Positions 47,675-58,184 of a DNA stretch of 64,000 nt are shown piece after piece. The stretch's first letter is position 1; the number at the start of each line of letters is the position of its first letter. Below the pieces are notes generated by a model. That model had not been told where the DNA came from, did no database searches, and saw only the letters and a list, made by a program, of their open reading frames with translations. The translations under genes were made by a program, and so were the position numbers. The stretch comes from Vulcanimicrobiota bacterium (GTDB taxonomy: Bacteria; Vulcanimicrobiota; Xenobia; Xenobiales; JADMJV01), in assembly GCA_050250895.1 (NCBI GenBank), contig JBFWNU010000002.1, positions 567,659 through 631,658 of the forward strand. The letters are read 5' to 3'.

Positions 47675-49630
47675 TCAGGCCTTGACTTCGACACCGCCGA
47701 ACAACTGCCCTAGAGCAGTTCTAAAAGCGCTCAGAGTGAACGGCTTGAAGACGACCGCATCCACGCTGGGGCTCTGCGATTCGGATCCGAAGCCGCAGAG
47801 CAGGAGAATGGAAGTGTCCGGATATTGGGCTTTGACTCGCTCGGCCAGCAGTTCTCCGCCGGTGTCTGGCAGGATCGACGAGAGCACCACCAGGTCGAAG
47901 CCCTCGGGTAAGAGTTGCAAGGCTTGCGAACCTTTGTCGGCCGTGAGCACGACATGGCCGTCACCCTGCAGATAGGTGCTGAGGACCTTGCGCACCAGCG
48001 GTTCTTCCTCCACCACCAGCACCTTGAGTGGCCGTTGCTCGAACTGGGCCTCGGCGGCCGGGTCGCATTCCTGGCTAGGAGCCACGTACTCTTTGGGAAA
48101 AGAGAGTAAAAAGGTCGTGCCTTCTCCGTAGCGGCTGTCGATGGTGACCTCTCCGAGGTGTCGTCGAATAATCCCGTAGACCATCGACAGGCCCATGCCG
48201 GTGCCCTTTTGACCTTTGGTGGTGAAGAAGGGCTCGAGGCAACGCTGACGGGTTTCTTCGCTCATTCCGGTGCCGGTGTCGCCCACCCGCAGTACTACCC
48301 GGTCCTCTTCGAGGCTGGTCTGGAAGGTCAGGGTGCCTCCCTCGGGCATGGCGTCGACGGCGTTGAAGGTGAGATTGGTCAGAGCCTGACGCAATTCGGC
48401 CTCGTCTCCAAAGATGAAGCTGTCTTCGGCCAGTTCGGTGTTGATCTGGATCACTCTGCCGTCGGCTCGAGCCTGACCCTTCCACTTGGGCTGGGTCAAG
48501 GAAATGGTCTGCTCCACCACCCGGGCCAGGTTGACCTGGGCGAAAGCTTCGTTCTTCTCGCGGTTGCGATAGAACTCTCCGAGGCGCTCGACAATCCCGC
48601 CGGCATCCTGGGCGGCGGTGTTGATCATCTGCAGAAACTCGACAGTCTGCTCGCGGTCTTCGAGTAGATCGGGATACATCAGCAGCGTCTCGGAGAAGCC
48701 CAGGATTGAAGACAGCGCGTTGTTGAAGTCGTGGACGATGCCGCTAGCCATCTCGCCCAGCGCCCTCAAGCGCTCTTGACGCACCACCTGAGCCTGAGTC
48801 TGGCGAAGCTCGTCGAGGGCGTTTTCCAGGCGAACGTTGGACTGGCGCAGGGCCTCCTCGGCCAGTTGTCGCTCGGTGACATCGCGGCTGTTGACCACCA
48901 CCCCGGTCCCGAAGGCGTCCAGCCGCTTGCCCATGGCTTCGAGCACCCGCCAGCGACCGTCGAGGTGGCGGTGACGAAAGGAGACCGTCTTGGACAGTCC
49001 CGGGGTGGTGAACATCTCTTCGCCCAATTGCCGCAGTCGCGGTCGGTCTTCTTCGTGGACAAATTCGAGAAAGGACTTCCCGAGGGAACTCTCGGGCGAG
49101 TAGCCGAGCACGGTTCTCAGGGATGGGCTGACGTAGACGATGTTGAGGTCCTGGTCGATGACGGTGATGATGTCGAGGGCGTTCTCGATGAGGGCTCGAA
49201 AACGGCGCTCGTTTTCGGCTACCAGTTGTTCGGCCTGGCGGCGGGCTTGACGTCCTTCATACTCACGAAGCTCACGTCGGATGGCGGGAACCAGACGACT
49301 ATAGTTGCCTTTGACCAGAAAGTCATGGGCGCCGGCCCGCATGGCGGCCACGGCCGTGTCCTCGCCAACCGTTCCACTAACGATGAGGAAAGGAAGGTCG
49401 CAGCCGAGTTCTTTGTAGATTTCCAGCGCGGCCGGAGCGCTAAAGGCAGGCATGCGATAGTCAGACACGATCAGTTGCCAAGCGCCGTGGGTTAGCTCTC
49501 GGCGCATAGCCTCGCCCGTCTCGATGCGCGTGTGCTGGACCTTGAAGCCGCCCTTCTTGAGCTCGCGCAACAGCAGGAACTCGTCTTCGGGCGAGTCTTC
49601 CAGCAGCAACAGCCGAAGGACCTCGCTCAT
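47675..49630 (-). CDS. Hybrid sensor histidine kinase (REC-PAS-HisKA-HATPase-REC)
   Basis: LLLED..SDY.MP, PAS domain, HDFNN, NAVDAM, PFFTTK..GTGMGL. Confidence 0.93.
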   Translation of the reverse strand: MSEVLRLLLLEDSPEDEFLLLRELKKGGFKVQHTRIETGEAMRRELTHGAWQLIVSDYRMPAFSAPAALEIYKELGCDLPFLIVSGTVGEDTAVAAMRAGAHDFLVKGNYSRLVPAIRRELREYEGRQARRQAEQLVAENERRFRALIENALDIITVIDQDLNIVYVSPSLRTVLGYSPESSLGKSFLEFVHEEDRPRLRQLGEEMFTTPGLSKTVSFRHRHLDGRWRVLEAMGKRLDAFGTGVVVNSRDVTERQLAEEALRQSNVRLENALDELRQTQAQVVRQERLRALGEMASGIVHDFNNALSSILGFSETLLMYPDLLEDREQTVEFLQMINTAAQDAGGIVERLGEFYRNREKNEAFAQVNLARVVEQTISLTQPKWKGQARADGRVIQINTELAEDSFIFGDEAELRQALTNLTFNAVDAMPEGGTLTFQTSLEEDRVVLRVGDTGTGMSEETRQRCLEPFFTTKGQKGTGMGLSMVYGIIRRHLGEVTIDSRYGEGTTFLLSFPKEYVAPSQECDPAAEAQFEQRPLKVLVVEEEPLVRKVLSTYLQGDGHVVLTADKGSQALQLLPEGFDLVVLSSILPDTGGELLAERVKAQYPDTSILLLCGFGSESQSPSVDAVVFKPFTLSAFRTALGQLFGGVEVKA

Positions 49631-49632
49631 TG

Positions 49633-50055
49633 CTAGGGCTTCCTCGGCGGTGGTTGGTTGGTGTCCAGCCAGTACTCTCCTAGTTGACGGATCACCTCGG
49701 CGAACTCACGAAAGTCGATGGGCTTAGCGATGTAGCTGTTGCATCCCAGGCTGTAGCCCTCGGCCAGGTCGCGGTCTTGTTTGGAAGAGGTGAGGATCAC
49801 GACCGGAATCAGGCGGGTGCGCTCCTCGGCGCGGATGCGCTTGAGCACTTCAAAGCCATTGAGCTTGGGGAGCTTGAGGTCGAGCAGGATCAGATTGGGA
49901 GACAACTCACCATCAAACAAGACATGGCAGGCTTCCTCGCCATCTCGGGCCACCTCGACGCGGCTGCGCGGAACACCCTTCTTGAGGGCCCGCCTGGCCA
50001 GAGCTTCGTCGTCGGGATTGTCCTCGACCAGCAGGATCAGTCTCTCATCTGACAC
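49633..50055 (-). CDS. Single-domain response regulator
   Basis: LLVEDNPDD, LLDLKLPK, LTSS, YIAKP. Confidence 0.93.
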   Translation of the reverse strand: MSDERLILLVEDNPDDEALARRALKKGVPRSRVEVARDGEEACHVLFDGELSPNLILLDLKLPKLNGFEVLKRIRAEERTRLIPVVILTSSKQDRDLAEGYSLGCNSYIAKPIDFREFAEVIRQLGEYWLDTNQPPPRKP

Positions 50056-50070
50056 ACCTGAGAGCTTCCT

Positions 50071-51279
50071 TCAAGGCGTGGGAGATTTCCTCTGTGCTTG
50101 GAGTTCTTTTTCCAGCAGAAGTTGATTTTCGCGCGCCGCTTCGAGGTCCTGGCGAGAGAGACCACCCATCTCATAGAGATTTTCCAGGGTTTTGAGTCGT
50201 TGCCTGCCCTGGCTTACATCACTTTCGAGGGCTGCCAGCCTGTCTCGCCGCGTCTGGCCGTTCTCTTTCTTGTATTTCTCGACGGCGGTCTTGAGCGAGG
50301 AGTCTTTGGCCACCCAGCGATTAACAAAAGCGTCGACATCCTTCCAGCTATAGCCTTCGCGTCGGGCCAGCCCTTCCAGGGACTGCAAGCGACTGGCGGC
50401 GGCCGATTTCTGCTGCTGCAGGCGCTTGAGAGCAGAGGGATCGGCCTTCTTGAGCAGGCGCATCCGCTCTTTGGCGTCGGCCAGTTCCTGGTGTGTCTCT
50501 TCTACCTTGCGCCGTGAGACCAGGCCACGCTGCTCGTAATCGGTCATCAGCTTGAGAGCCTCTTCCAGGCTCGGGATCTTGCGCTTGAGCTGTTCGCTTT
50601 CGAGCTTGTTGCGGGCAATCAGGCTCTGGTGTTGCCAGATGTCTTGCTCGACCATCTCGACGCTGTTCTTGGCCACCAGCCAGCTCACCAGGATCGACTC
50701 GCGGCCGGCCGGTGCCCAGCTCGGGACTCCGTCGCTTTGACCTTCGCCGAAGGGCACGTAGCGACCGGTAGCGTCTTGCATCTTGACATCGACATGGTCT
50801 CGCACTACCAGTCCAACGGTTTCTCCGACCTCGATGGTAGTGCCCACCGAGACGGTGGGGTCGAGGTGGCCATAGGTGACGCTGGTGCCGTCCGGAGAGG
50901 TGACGGTGACGCCGTACTCGGGCCCAGACCAGTTGGCCACCGAGCTCACCCTGCCGCCCCAACCGGCCGCCACCGGCGTTCCCGCTGGGAGCGCGATGTC
51001 ATAACCCAGGTGGAGTCCGGCCGCGCGCCGGTAGATCGAGGTGGTGCGCCAGTCATAGAAGGTGCCCGAGACCCAGGCCTGGGGCCAATGGCGCCGCTGC
51101 AGAGCGACGAGTTCGGGCAAGCCGATGTTCTGGTTGGGCTGAACCACCCCGTAGACCTGCTTGAGTTGCTCGACCACAGCCGGGACGCTACTGGTGGTCA
51201 CCTCGGCCGCGACGGGGGCGGCCAGGGCCGCCAGCAAACCTAGAGCTATGAGCCTTTGTCTATACACGTAATCGATCAA
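50071..51279 (-). CDS. Exported M23-peptidase-like protein with C-terminal coiled coil
   Basis: Signal-like N-terminus; HLGYD, GTPV, YGH, DHVD. Confidence 0.75.
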   Translation of the reverse strand: MIDYVYRQRLIALGLLAALAAPVAAEVTTSSVPAVVEQLKQVYGVVQPNQNIGLPELVALQRRHWPQAWVSGTFYDWRTTSIYRRAAGLHLGYDIALPAGTPVAAGWGGRVSSVANWSGPEYGVTVTSPDGTSVTYGHLDPTVSVGTTIEVGETVGLVVRDHVDVKMQDATGRYVPFGEGQSDGVPSWAPAGRESILVSWLVAKNSVEMVEQDIWQHQSLIARNKLESEQLKRKIPSLEEALKLMTDYEQRGLVSRRKVEETHQELADAKERMRLLKKADPSALKRLQQQKSAAASRLQSLEGLARREGYSWKDVDAFVNRWVAKDSSLKTAVEKYKKENGQTRRDRLAALESDVSQGRQRLKTLENLYEMGGLSRQDLEAARENQLLLEKELQAQRKSPTP

Positions 51280-51426
51280 TCGGCCGGGAGGCAGAAAAGT
51301 TTCTTTAAGGACCTAAGTAATTCTGGAGGAGGGCACCCTTTTCCCTGCCGGCAGGTCTGAACTTGCCTCCCAACGAAAGCGCGCTCACCAGAATATTCAC
51401 CGCCCAGGCGGTTTACGGAGAATCTA

Positions 51427-52026
51427 ATGTATCGCAATACACTCGTGCCAATGGTCGTAGAGCAGACCGCCAGGGGAGAGCGCGCCTACGACATCTACTC
51501 GCGTCTTTTGAAGAATCGGATCATCTTCGTGGGTGAAGCGATCGAGGATTCGGTAGCCAACCTGGTAATCGCCCAGTTGCTCTACCTCGAGCAAGAAGAC
51601 CCCGACAAGGACATTGACCTGTATATCAATAGTCCGGGTGGGTCGGTCACGGCGGGTCTCGCCATGTACGATTGTATGCAACTGGTCAAGCCTGACGTTT
51701 CTTGCATCTGTATGGGCATGGCCGCCAGCGCCGCGGCCGTGCTGTTGGCCGGCGGCGCCGCCGGCAAGCGCTACGCCCTGCCATACAGTCGCATCATGAT
51801 CCACCAGCCCTGGATCGGCAGCATCGGCGGTCAAGCCACCGACATCGATATCCACGCCCGTCAGATTCTCAAGACCCGCGAGACCCTCAACAAGATTCTG
51901 GCCGACCATACCGGCCAGGAGCTGGCCAAGGTCGAGCGCGACACCGAGCGCGACTATTACATGACCGCCGAAGAAGCCAAAGAGTACGGTATCATCGACG
52001 AGGTCATCACCTCTGAATCCCGCTAG
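51427..52026 (+). CDS. clpP: ATP-dependent Clp protease proteolytic subunit
   Basis: [24 protein letters not shown]. Confidence 0.97.
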   Translation: MYRNTLVPMVVEQTARGERAYDIYSRLLKNRIIFVGEAIEDSVANLVIAQLLYLEQEDPDKDIDLYINSPGGSVTAGLAMYDCMQLVKPDVSCICMGMAASAAAVLLAGGAAGKRYALPYSRIMIHQPWIGSIGGQATDIDIHARQILKTRETLNKILADHTGQELAKVERDTERDYYMTAEEAKEYGIIDEVITSESR

Positions 52027-53048
52027 TGGCTGACTCGGTTTTTCTCAAAGCATGTAGGGGAGAGCCGGTTCCACATACCCCGATCTGGCTGATGCGTCAG
52101 GCCGGGAGATACATGAAAGAATACCGCGAACTGCGTTCGCGGGTTTCTTTTTTGGAGCTATGCAGCCGCCCCGAATTAGCCGCCGAGGTCACGGTGCACG
52201 CCTGTCAGGTGCTGGGCACCGACGCGGCCATCCTCTTTGCGGACATCTTGCTGGTGGTCGAGAGCCTGGGTCTGGGGCTCGATTTCGTCAAGGGCGACGG
52301 GCCCCAGATCACTCCCGCCGTGCGCGATGCGGCTGCCATCGATAGCTTGCGCGAGGCCGACCCCGACGAGTTGTCCCACGTCTACGAGGCGGTTCGTCTG
52401 ATCCGCGCCGAACTGCCGGCCGAGACCGCGCTGATCGGTTTTGCGGGAGCCCCCTTCACGGTTGCTTCCTACATGATCGAAGGCGGACCCTCGCGCGACT
52501 TCGAGCACACCAAGCGCATCATGTATGGCGATGAGGGCGCCTGGCGAGCCCTGATGGAGAAGATTGCCAGGGCTACCTCGGCCTATATCAATCGTCAGAT
52601 CGAAGCCGGAGCCGACGCGGTGCAACTGTTCGACTCGTGGGTGGGATGCCTTGATCCCTACGACTATCGACGCTACGTGATGCCCTACAGCAAGCAGGTC
52701 CTCGACGCCTTGCCGGCCGGCGTTCCTCGCATTCACTTTGGCAAAGGCACGGGCCTGTTGCTCGACGAGATTCGCGAGGCGGGGGGTACGGTGGTCGGCA
52801 TCGATTACATGACCCCGCTTGACCGCGCCCGCCAACAACTGGGCGACACTCCGGTGCAAGGCAACCTCGACCCGGTGCTGCTCTTGACCGATCGCAAGAT
52901 CATCGAAGAAAAAGCTCGCAAGGTGCTCGAGCAGGCTGGTCCGGTGGGCCACATCTTCAATCTAGGGCACGGCATTTTGCCCCCGACCCCGGTCGACAAC
53001 GTCAAGTTTCTGGTCGACCTGGTGCACGAGGTCAGCGCGTGCGGCTAG
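52026..53048 (+). CDS. hemE: Uroporphyrinogen decarboxylase
   Basis: PIWLMRQAGRY, GFAGAPFT, QGNLDP, FNLGHG. Confidence 0.97.
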   Translation: MADSVFLKACRGEPVPHTPIWLMRQAGRYMKEYRELRSRVSFLELCSRPELAAEVTVHACQVLGTDAAILFADILLVVESLGLGLDFVKGDGPQITPAVRDAAAIDSLREADPDELSHVYEAVRLIRAELPAETALIGFAGAPFTVASYMIEGGPSRDFEHTKRIMYGDEGAWRALMEKIARATSAYINRQIEAGADAVQLFDSWVGCLDPYDYRRYVMPYSKQVLDALPAGVPRIHFGKGTGLLLDEIREAGGTVVGIDYMTPLDRARQQLGDTPVQGNLDPVLLLTDRKIIEEKARKVLEQAGPVGHIFNLGHGILPPTPVDNVKFLVDLVHEVSACG

Positions 53049-54388
53049 CCATCGTGGGCGGGGGAATCACCGGCCTGGCAGCCGCCTTCGAGGCTCACCA
53101 GGCCGGAGTCGACTTTCATCTGTTCGAGGCCGGCGACCGCTTTGGCGGAGCCATCCAGACCATCGAGCACGAGGGTGCCATCATGGAGGCCGGGCCCGAC
53201 TCGATCCTCAAGAGCAAGCCGTGGGCCTATGACTTAGTTCGCGAACTCGACATGGTGTCCGAGGTGGTGACCACCCAGGACCAGCCCAACGGTTCGTTCA
53301 TCGTGCGCGACCGCGAACTGCATCCCATCCCCCAGGGCTTTCGCTTGATGGCCCCCACGGCCTGGCTGCAGTTTCTACGCTCGCCCATCGTGAGTTGGCC
53401 CGGCAAATTTCGAGTTTTACTCGAGCCCTTCATCCCCGCTCGCCAGGCGGCCGGGGACGAGTCCCTGACGGGTTTTGTCACCCGTCGTCTCGGCCGCGAG
53501 GTGCTCGAACGCCTGGCCCAGCCGATGGTCAGCGGCATCTACTCCGCCGACCCCGACCGCCTCAGCCTCGAGGCCACCATGCCGATTTTCCTTCGGCTCG
53601 AACGCGAGCACGGCAGCATCATCCGCGGCCTGCGGGCCACCGGCGAAGGGGCCAAAGCTTCGGGTGCTCAATACAACCTCTTCTTTAACCTCAAGGGTGG
53701 CTCGCAACGTTTGGTAGAGGCCCTGGTCGACCACCTGCCCGCCGACCGCCTGCACCTCAACTCGCCGGTGTCCAAGCTTGCTCCCGGCTGGAGCTTCCAG
53801 GCCGGTGACGAATCGCATCAAGCCGAGGCCGTGCTGGTCGGCCTGCCCGGGCCCCAGGCGGCCCAATTACTCGCTTTCGATTCCGATCTCTCCGGCCTTT
53901 TCTCGCGAGTTCGCTATAGTTCGGCCGCCCTGGTCAACCTGGTCTATGACCTCGACGACCTGGCCGACCTGCCGCCAGGCTACGGCTTCGTCGTGCCCGC
54001 CATCGAGCACATGCACCTGCTCGCCTGCACCTTTTCTCACCTCAAGTGGCCGGGACGCAACCCGGGCCACCTGGGCCACATCCGAGCTTACTTCGGGGGG
54101 GCGCATAATCAAGCCGTGCTCGAGCGGCCCGACCACGACCTGGTGGCTCTGGCTCGTTCTGACCTGGCCCGACTGACCGCGCTCGAAGCCGAGCCCGTGG
54201 CCACTTTCGTCCATCACCACCGCAACGGTCTGCCCGAGTATTCGGTCGGCCATCGCGAGTGGCAGATCAAGGTCGAAGCTCGGGCCGCCACCCACCCCGG
54301 TCTCGGCCTGGCGGGCAACGCCTTCGACGGCGTCGGCATCCCCGACTGCGTCCGCCGCGGCCGCGAAACCGCCCGCCGCCTCTTCTAG
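53039..54388 (+). CDS. hemY: HemY-type FAD-dependent proto/coproporphyrinogen oxidase
   Basis: IVGGGITGL, EAGPDS, SGIY, GVGIPDC; follows hemE. Confidence 0.92.
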   Translation: MRLAIVGGGITGLAAAFEAHQAGVDFHLFEAGDRFGGAIQTIEHEGAIMEAGPDSILKSKPWAYDLVRELDMVSEVVTTQDQPNGSFIVRDRELHPIPQGFRLMAPTAWLQFLRSPIVSWPGKFRVLLEPFIPARQAAGDESLTGFVTRRLGREVLERLAQPMVSGIYSADPDRLSLEATMPIFLRLEREHGSIIRGLRATGEGAKASGAQYNLFFNLKGGSQRLVEALVDHLPADRLHLNSPVSKLAPGWSFQAGDESHQAEAVLVGLPGPQAAQLLAFDSDLSGLFSRVRYSSAALVNLVYDLDDLADLPPGYGFVVPAIEHMHLLACTFSHLKWPGRNPGHLGHIRAYFGGAHNQAVLERPDHDLVALARSDLARLTALEAEPVATFVHHHRNGLPEYSVGHREWQIKVEARAATHPGLGLAGNAFDGVGIPDCVRRGRETARRLF

Positions 54389-54428
54389 CCTGAGCTTGGC
54401 GGGGCTCGGCGGGTGTTGGCTGGCGAGT

Positions 54429-54512
54429 TGTGCGCCGCACAGTAAGGATCTGTAAGTGTACGGCGCAAGTGTGCGCCGCACAGTGGGCAGGCTGGTGTGT
54501 GCGGCGCACACC
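54429..54512. repeat. REP-like palindrome cluster TGTGCG(C/G)CGCACA
   Basis: Copies at 54429-54441 and 54470-54482, an inverted copy at 54498-54510 and a degenerate copy near 54456; lies between convergent genes. Confidence 0.7.
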
Positions 54513-54580
54513 GGGCTGGCCCCGGCCAAGTCGGCAGCCCCGGCCCCGCTCGGCAAGCCCCGGCAAGGCAGGCCAGGGGG

Positions 54581-55132
54581 TTAGAAAGTGTGGCCGCCCA
54601 TGGTGAGGGTGGTGGGGACGGGTTTAGGTTTCTGGCCGGGATTGGGTTCTTGGGCCGGGGGTTCGGTGGGGCTGGGCTTGGCCAACTGGGCTTCCCAGTA
54701 TTTGATGCGCCGGTCGACATGGGTGATGCCGCGATAGGCGTGAGTGACGGCGTCGGCGGCGTAGGCGAAGCCCATCAGGGCCGAGCCGGTCTTGGCGTAT
54801 TGGGGCAGGGCCAGCATGGCCACGCCGCCGGCCAGACCGACCAGGTCGGTGCACACCCGAGCGACATCCATGATTTTGTCCATGCGAGTGCTGGTGGGAT
54901 CGTGCAGGGTCTGACCGCAACGATGCACGTCGAGAGCCAGCAAGCCAGCGCGCACTACCGGTACGATGCTCTGTTGGTAGCCGAGGCGGACCGAATCGTC
55001 AACGCCCTTCAGCAGGGTGTCGGTGAGGACGGTGGCCGATGTCCGCAAAGCCAGGGCAGGGTCGTTCTTAGCCGCCTCGCTGGCTTCGCGGGCAACGAAA
55101 AATAGTGAGTTACCCATGGTTTTGATGCTCAT
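54581..55132 (-). CDS. Hypothetical membrane-associated protein
   Basis: ATG at 55132 after GAAGG; hydrophobic hairpin and Pro-rich tail. Confidence 0.7.
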   Translation of the reverse strand: MSIKTMGNSLFFVAREASEAAKNDPALALRTSATVLTDTLLKGVDDSVRLGYQQSIVPVVRAGLLALDVHRCGQTLHDPTSTRMDKIMDVARVCTDLVGLAGGVAMLALPQYAKTGSALMGFAYAADAVTHAYRGITHVDRRIKYWEAQLAKPSPTEPPAQEPNPGQKPKPVPTTLTMGGHTF

Positions 55133-55211
55133 GTTGGACCTTCTTTGCTTCTCCGCAAGGTGAAGGTACGTGCCAGGACCGGCCAGCATGTGAAAGTTTG
55201 GTGAACAGATG

Positions 55212-56750
55212 TCAAACAGCGGGCAAGTCGACCTGGAAAACGGTCCATTCGGGACCGCTGTGGGCGGTCACGGTGCCGCCGTGCTCGGTGACGATGCGGT
55301 GCACGATGGACAGACCCAACCCGGTGCCCTGATCGCGGGTGGTGAAGAAGGGTTCGAATAGGCGATCCATGTGTTCAGGGGCGATGCCCCGTCCATTGTC
55401 GTGGATGCGTAGACGGACGATGCCTGACCGCGAAGTGCCTTCGATAGTGACCCGGGCCCCGGGGGTGCCCTCGCATGCCTCGCAAGCGTTGGAAAGAAGG
55501 TTGACCAGCACCTGCCGCAACTGGTCGGCGTTGCCGTGCACCAGCGGCAGGTCGGGGGCGAACTGATGAACCAGATCGACCTTGCGCTCGCGAAAGTCGA
55601 CCTTGAGCAGGGGAAGAGTCGACTCGAGCAACTGCTGGAGCGAGAGGTCTTCGTAGGGAGTCTTCTCTCCTCGGGCCGTGCGTAGAAGATCGCGCACCAG
55701 ACTCGCGCAGCGGTCAGCCTGGCTGATGACGGTGTCGGTCTGCTCGAGGCTAGCGCCCTGGCGGGTCAGGATCTGGCCGGCCGAGCGGATGGCCATGAGG
55801 GGGTTGAGTAGCTCGTGGGCCAGCCCGGCGACCAGGCGACCCAGGGCTCCCATCTTTTCGTTGCGGAGCATCGTGGAAAAATACAAGGCCCGGTCGATGG
55901 CCGCCGCCGACAGCGCGGCCACGATCTTGGCCAGGGCCAGGTCGGCTTCTGAGAAGACTCCGGCTTTCATGGCATTATCGAGATAGACCAGTCCGCGGGT
56001 GTTGCGGCTGCGCAGGGGAACACAGATGACCGAGCGGGTGCCCAGCAATTGGACGCTTTCGCTCGAGCGAAAGCGAGGGTCGATGACGGCGTCGACTGAC
56101 AGGATGCCCTCGCCTTCCACCATGACTGCCTCGACCACCCGGGTGCTGTACCAGACCTCGCCGCGATGGACCGCCTCGAGGTCGAGGCCGCGGGCGGCAG
56201 CCACTTCGGGAACGGCCGCCCCCCGGTCGAGCATCACGAAACCTCGTTCAGCTCCCAGGGCTTCAACCACCACGTCGATGACGTTCTGCAAGACATCTTC
56301 GATGTCGACCGACTCGTTGAGCATCTCGCTGACCAGCACCAGCACTCGCATCCGCTCGACCTGCTCCGGAGTGAGCGTGCGCAGGGTATTGGTCCCGGCC
56401 CGCAGGCTCTCGATCTGAGAAGCCTTGGTGCGAACTTTCGTGACGGCTTGCAGCAGGCGTTCTTCGGAGCCGGGGTCGAGTTCGGTGAAGCGAAAGCCCA
56501 GCTGATACATGTCGGGACTGGCCAATTCAGAGGTCCACATGACCCTGGCTCGCCCCCGCAGGGGTGGGCCGTCGCGATCCAGGCGCAGGGTCATGGCGCA
56601 GTCGGTGTCTTTGGGCAAGAAGAGTTCGCCAGTGGCTCGAAATCCCGAGCTGCTGATGTCGATTACGAACAGACGGGAGGCGGGAAAATCCCCCTCCACT
56701 TCGGCCGTCATTACCTGGTGCAGACGGGTGTGACGGCGCCGGTCCTCCAT
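55212..56750 (-). CDS. PilZ-GAF-histidine kinase
   Basis: RRRHTR and DISSSG (PilZ), GAF ([12 protein letters not shown]), HELLNPL, PFFTT..GTGLGL. Confidence 0.88.
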   Translation of the reverse strand: MEDRRRHTRLHQVMTAEVEGDFPASRLFVIDISSSGFRATGELFLPKDTDCAMTLRLDRDGPPLRGRARVMWTSELASPDMYQLGFRFTELDPGSEERLLQAVTKVRTKASQIESLRAGTNTLRTLTPEQVERMRVLVLVSEMLNESVDIEDVLQNVIDVVVEALGAERGFVMLDRGAAVPEVAAARGLDLEAVHRGEVWYSTRVVEAVMVEGEGILSVDAVIDPRFRSSESVQLLGTRSVICVPLRSRNTRGLVYLDNAMKAGVFSEADLALAKIVAALSAAAIDRALYFSTMLRNEKMGALGRLVAGLAHELLNPLMAIRSAGQILTRQGASLEQTDTVISQADRCASLVRDLLRTARGEKTPYEDLSLQQLLESTLPLLKVDFRERKVDLVHQFAPDLPLVHGNADQLRQVLVNLLSNACEACEGTPGARVTIEGTSRSGIVRLRIHDNGRGIAPEHMDRLFEPFFTTRDQGTGLGLSIVHRIVTEHGGTVTAHSGPEWTVFQVDLPAV

Positions 56751-56808
56751 GTTCTCTGACTTCGGCAACAAGAGGAGGAACTTCGCAAAAGAGGCAACGG
56801 CTTCCTTG

Positions 56809-57669
56809 TCAACTGGCAATCTGGGGTAAGCGAACCTGCAACGCCCCCGGCAGGCAGACGAACTCGGCTTGCTTTACCGGGCCGGTGACGACAGCGTCGA
56901 TGCGTATGGGTTGAGGTTGGCTCGGCCTTACGACCACGCGGTGGGCCTTGAATTCGATCACCTCGTGCTCACCGGCCAGGGCGGCCGGCAGCGTCTTCAC
57001 CAACTCGAGCCGGCTACATTCGGGCACCACACAGATGTCGAGATGTCCGTCGCTGGGGCGGGCCTGCGGGGCCAGCCGGAGGTTGGTGCCCAGCAGCGGC
57101 AGGTTGGCGATGGTGAGGTCGGCGGCTTCGAATTGGTAGACGAGCCCGTCCACTTCCAACTCGAAGCGGGTGGGGGAGTATTCGAACAAGGCGGTGGCCG
57201 CCGCCACTCCGCCCTGAACCCAACGCTTGAGACCGTGTTCCTCGGGGCCCTGGGCAGCCCGCTCGAAAACGTCGGTCACGAACCCCATTCCGGCACTCTC
57301 GATGAAGAGATGGCAGCCGTTGTACAGTCCCAGGTCGATGCGGTCAAGGCGTCCGTGAATGGCCACTTCGAGCGCCTCCAGCGGATCGACCGGCAGCCCC
57401 AGGCTCTGGGCCACATTGTTGAAAGTGCCCACGGGCACGATGCCCAGGCTGGTGCGCTCGAGGTCGATCCCGGCCAGCACCTCGCGCAGGGTGTCGTCGC
57501 CGCCGGCTACGATCAGATGATCAGGTTGGATTTGCCGGGCTAGCTCGGTGGCCTGGGAGGGGCCGGTGGTGGCCCGATACTCTCCGCCGTGAGCCTGGAT
57601 GGCGGCGCTTAGCCGGCTGCCGAATTCGGCGTCTTGGAATCCCGAGACGGGATTGTGGATCAAGAGCAT
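56809..57669 (-). CDS. Diacylglycerol/lipid kinase family (YegS/BmrU-like)
   Basis: HNPVSG, AGGDDT, PVGTFNN, DG.LD. Confidence 0.88.
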   Translation of the reverse strand: MLLIHNPVSGFQDAEFGSRLSAAIQAHGGEYRATTGPSQATELARQIQPDHLIVAGGDDTLREVLAGIDLERTSLGIVPVGTFNNVAQSLGLPVDPLEALEVAIHGRLDRIDLGLYNGCHLFIESAGMGFVTDVFERAAQGPEEHGLKRWVQGGVAAATALFEYSPTRFELEVDGLVYQFEAADLTIANLPLLGTNLRLAPQARPSDGHLDICVVPECSRLELVKTLPAALAGEHEVIEFKAHRVVVRPSQPQPIRIDAVVTGPVKQAEFVCLPGALQVRLPQIAS

Positions 57670-58184
57670 GGTGTCTCCAGCCAGCGCAACAGTTTGATTT
57701 CCAGCCAGCGGACCGGGATCATCCAGAACTGCTCGCGGGTGGAAATGCGGGTCACCAGCACCGTGGTGATGCCCAAACGATTGCCTGCCCAGACATCGGT
57801 GAACAGTTGGTCGCCCACGATGGCCGTGTTATGGGGCTGGCCTCCCAACTTTTGCATGGCCTTGCGCAGGGCTCGGCGACTGGGCTTGCCGGCCCGCGAG
57901 AAGCATTCGATGCCGAGCCGGTCGGCGTGGCGTTGCAAGCGGCGACGCGAGGCGTTCGAGACCAGGCAAAGCGAAAAGCCGGCCGACCGCATGCGGGCGC
58001 ACCAGTCGAGCAGAGGCTGAGCCAACTCTTCAGCCCGCCACTCGGCTAGAGTATTGTCGAAGTCGAGCAACAGAAAGCTCAGGCGCCGCTCGGCCAGTAG
58101 CTCGGCCGAGAGCGCCTGAACCGAAGCCAGTCGCAGGTCTGGCAAGAAGACGGCCAGATGATGGCGCAGCCAGGCTTTTAACAT
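57660..58184 (-). CDS. YqeG-family HAD IIIA phosphatase
   Basis: DFDNTL, VSN, KP, VGDQLFTD. Confidence 0.92.
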   Translation of the reverse strand: MLKAWLRHHLAVFLPDLRLASVQALSAELLAERRLSFLLLDFDNTLAEWRAEELAQPLLDWCARMRSAGFSLCLVSNASRRRLQRHADRLGIECFSRAGKPSRRALRKAMQKLGGQPHNTAIVGDQLFTDVWAGNRLGITTVLVTRISTREQFWMIPVRWLEIKLLRWLETPCS

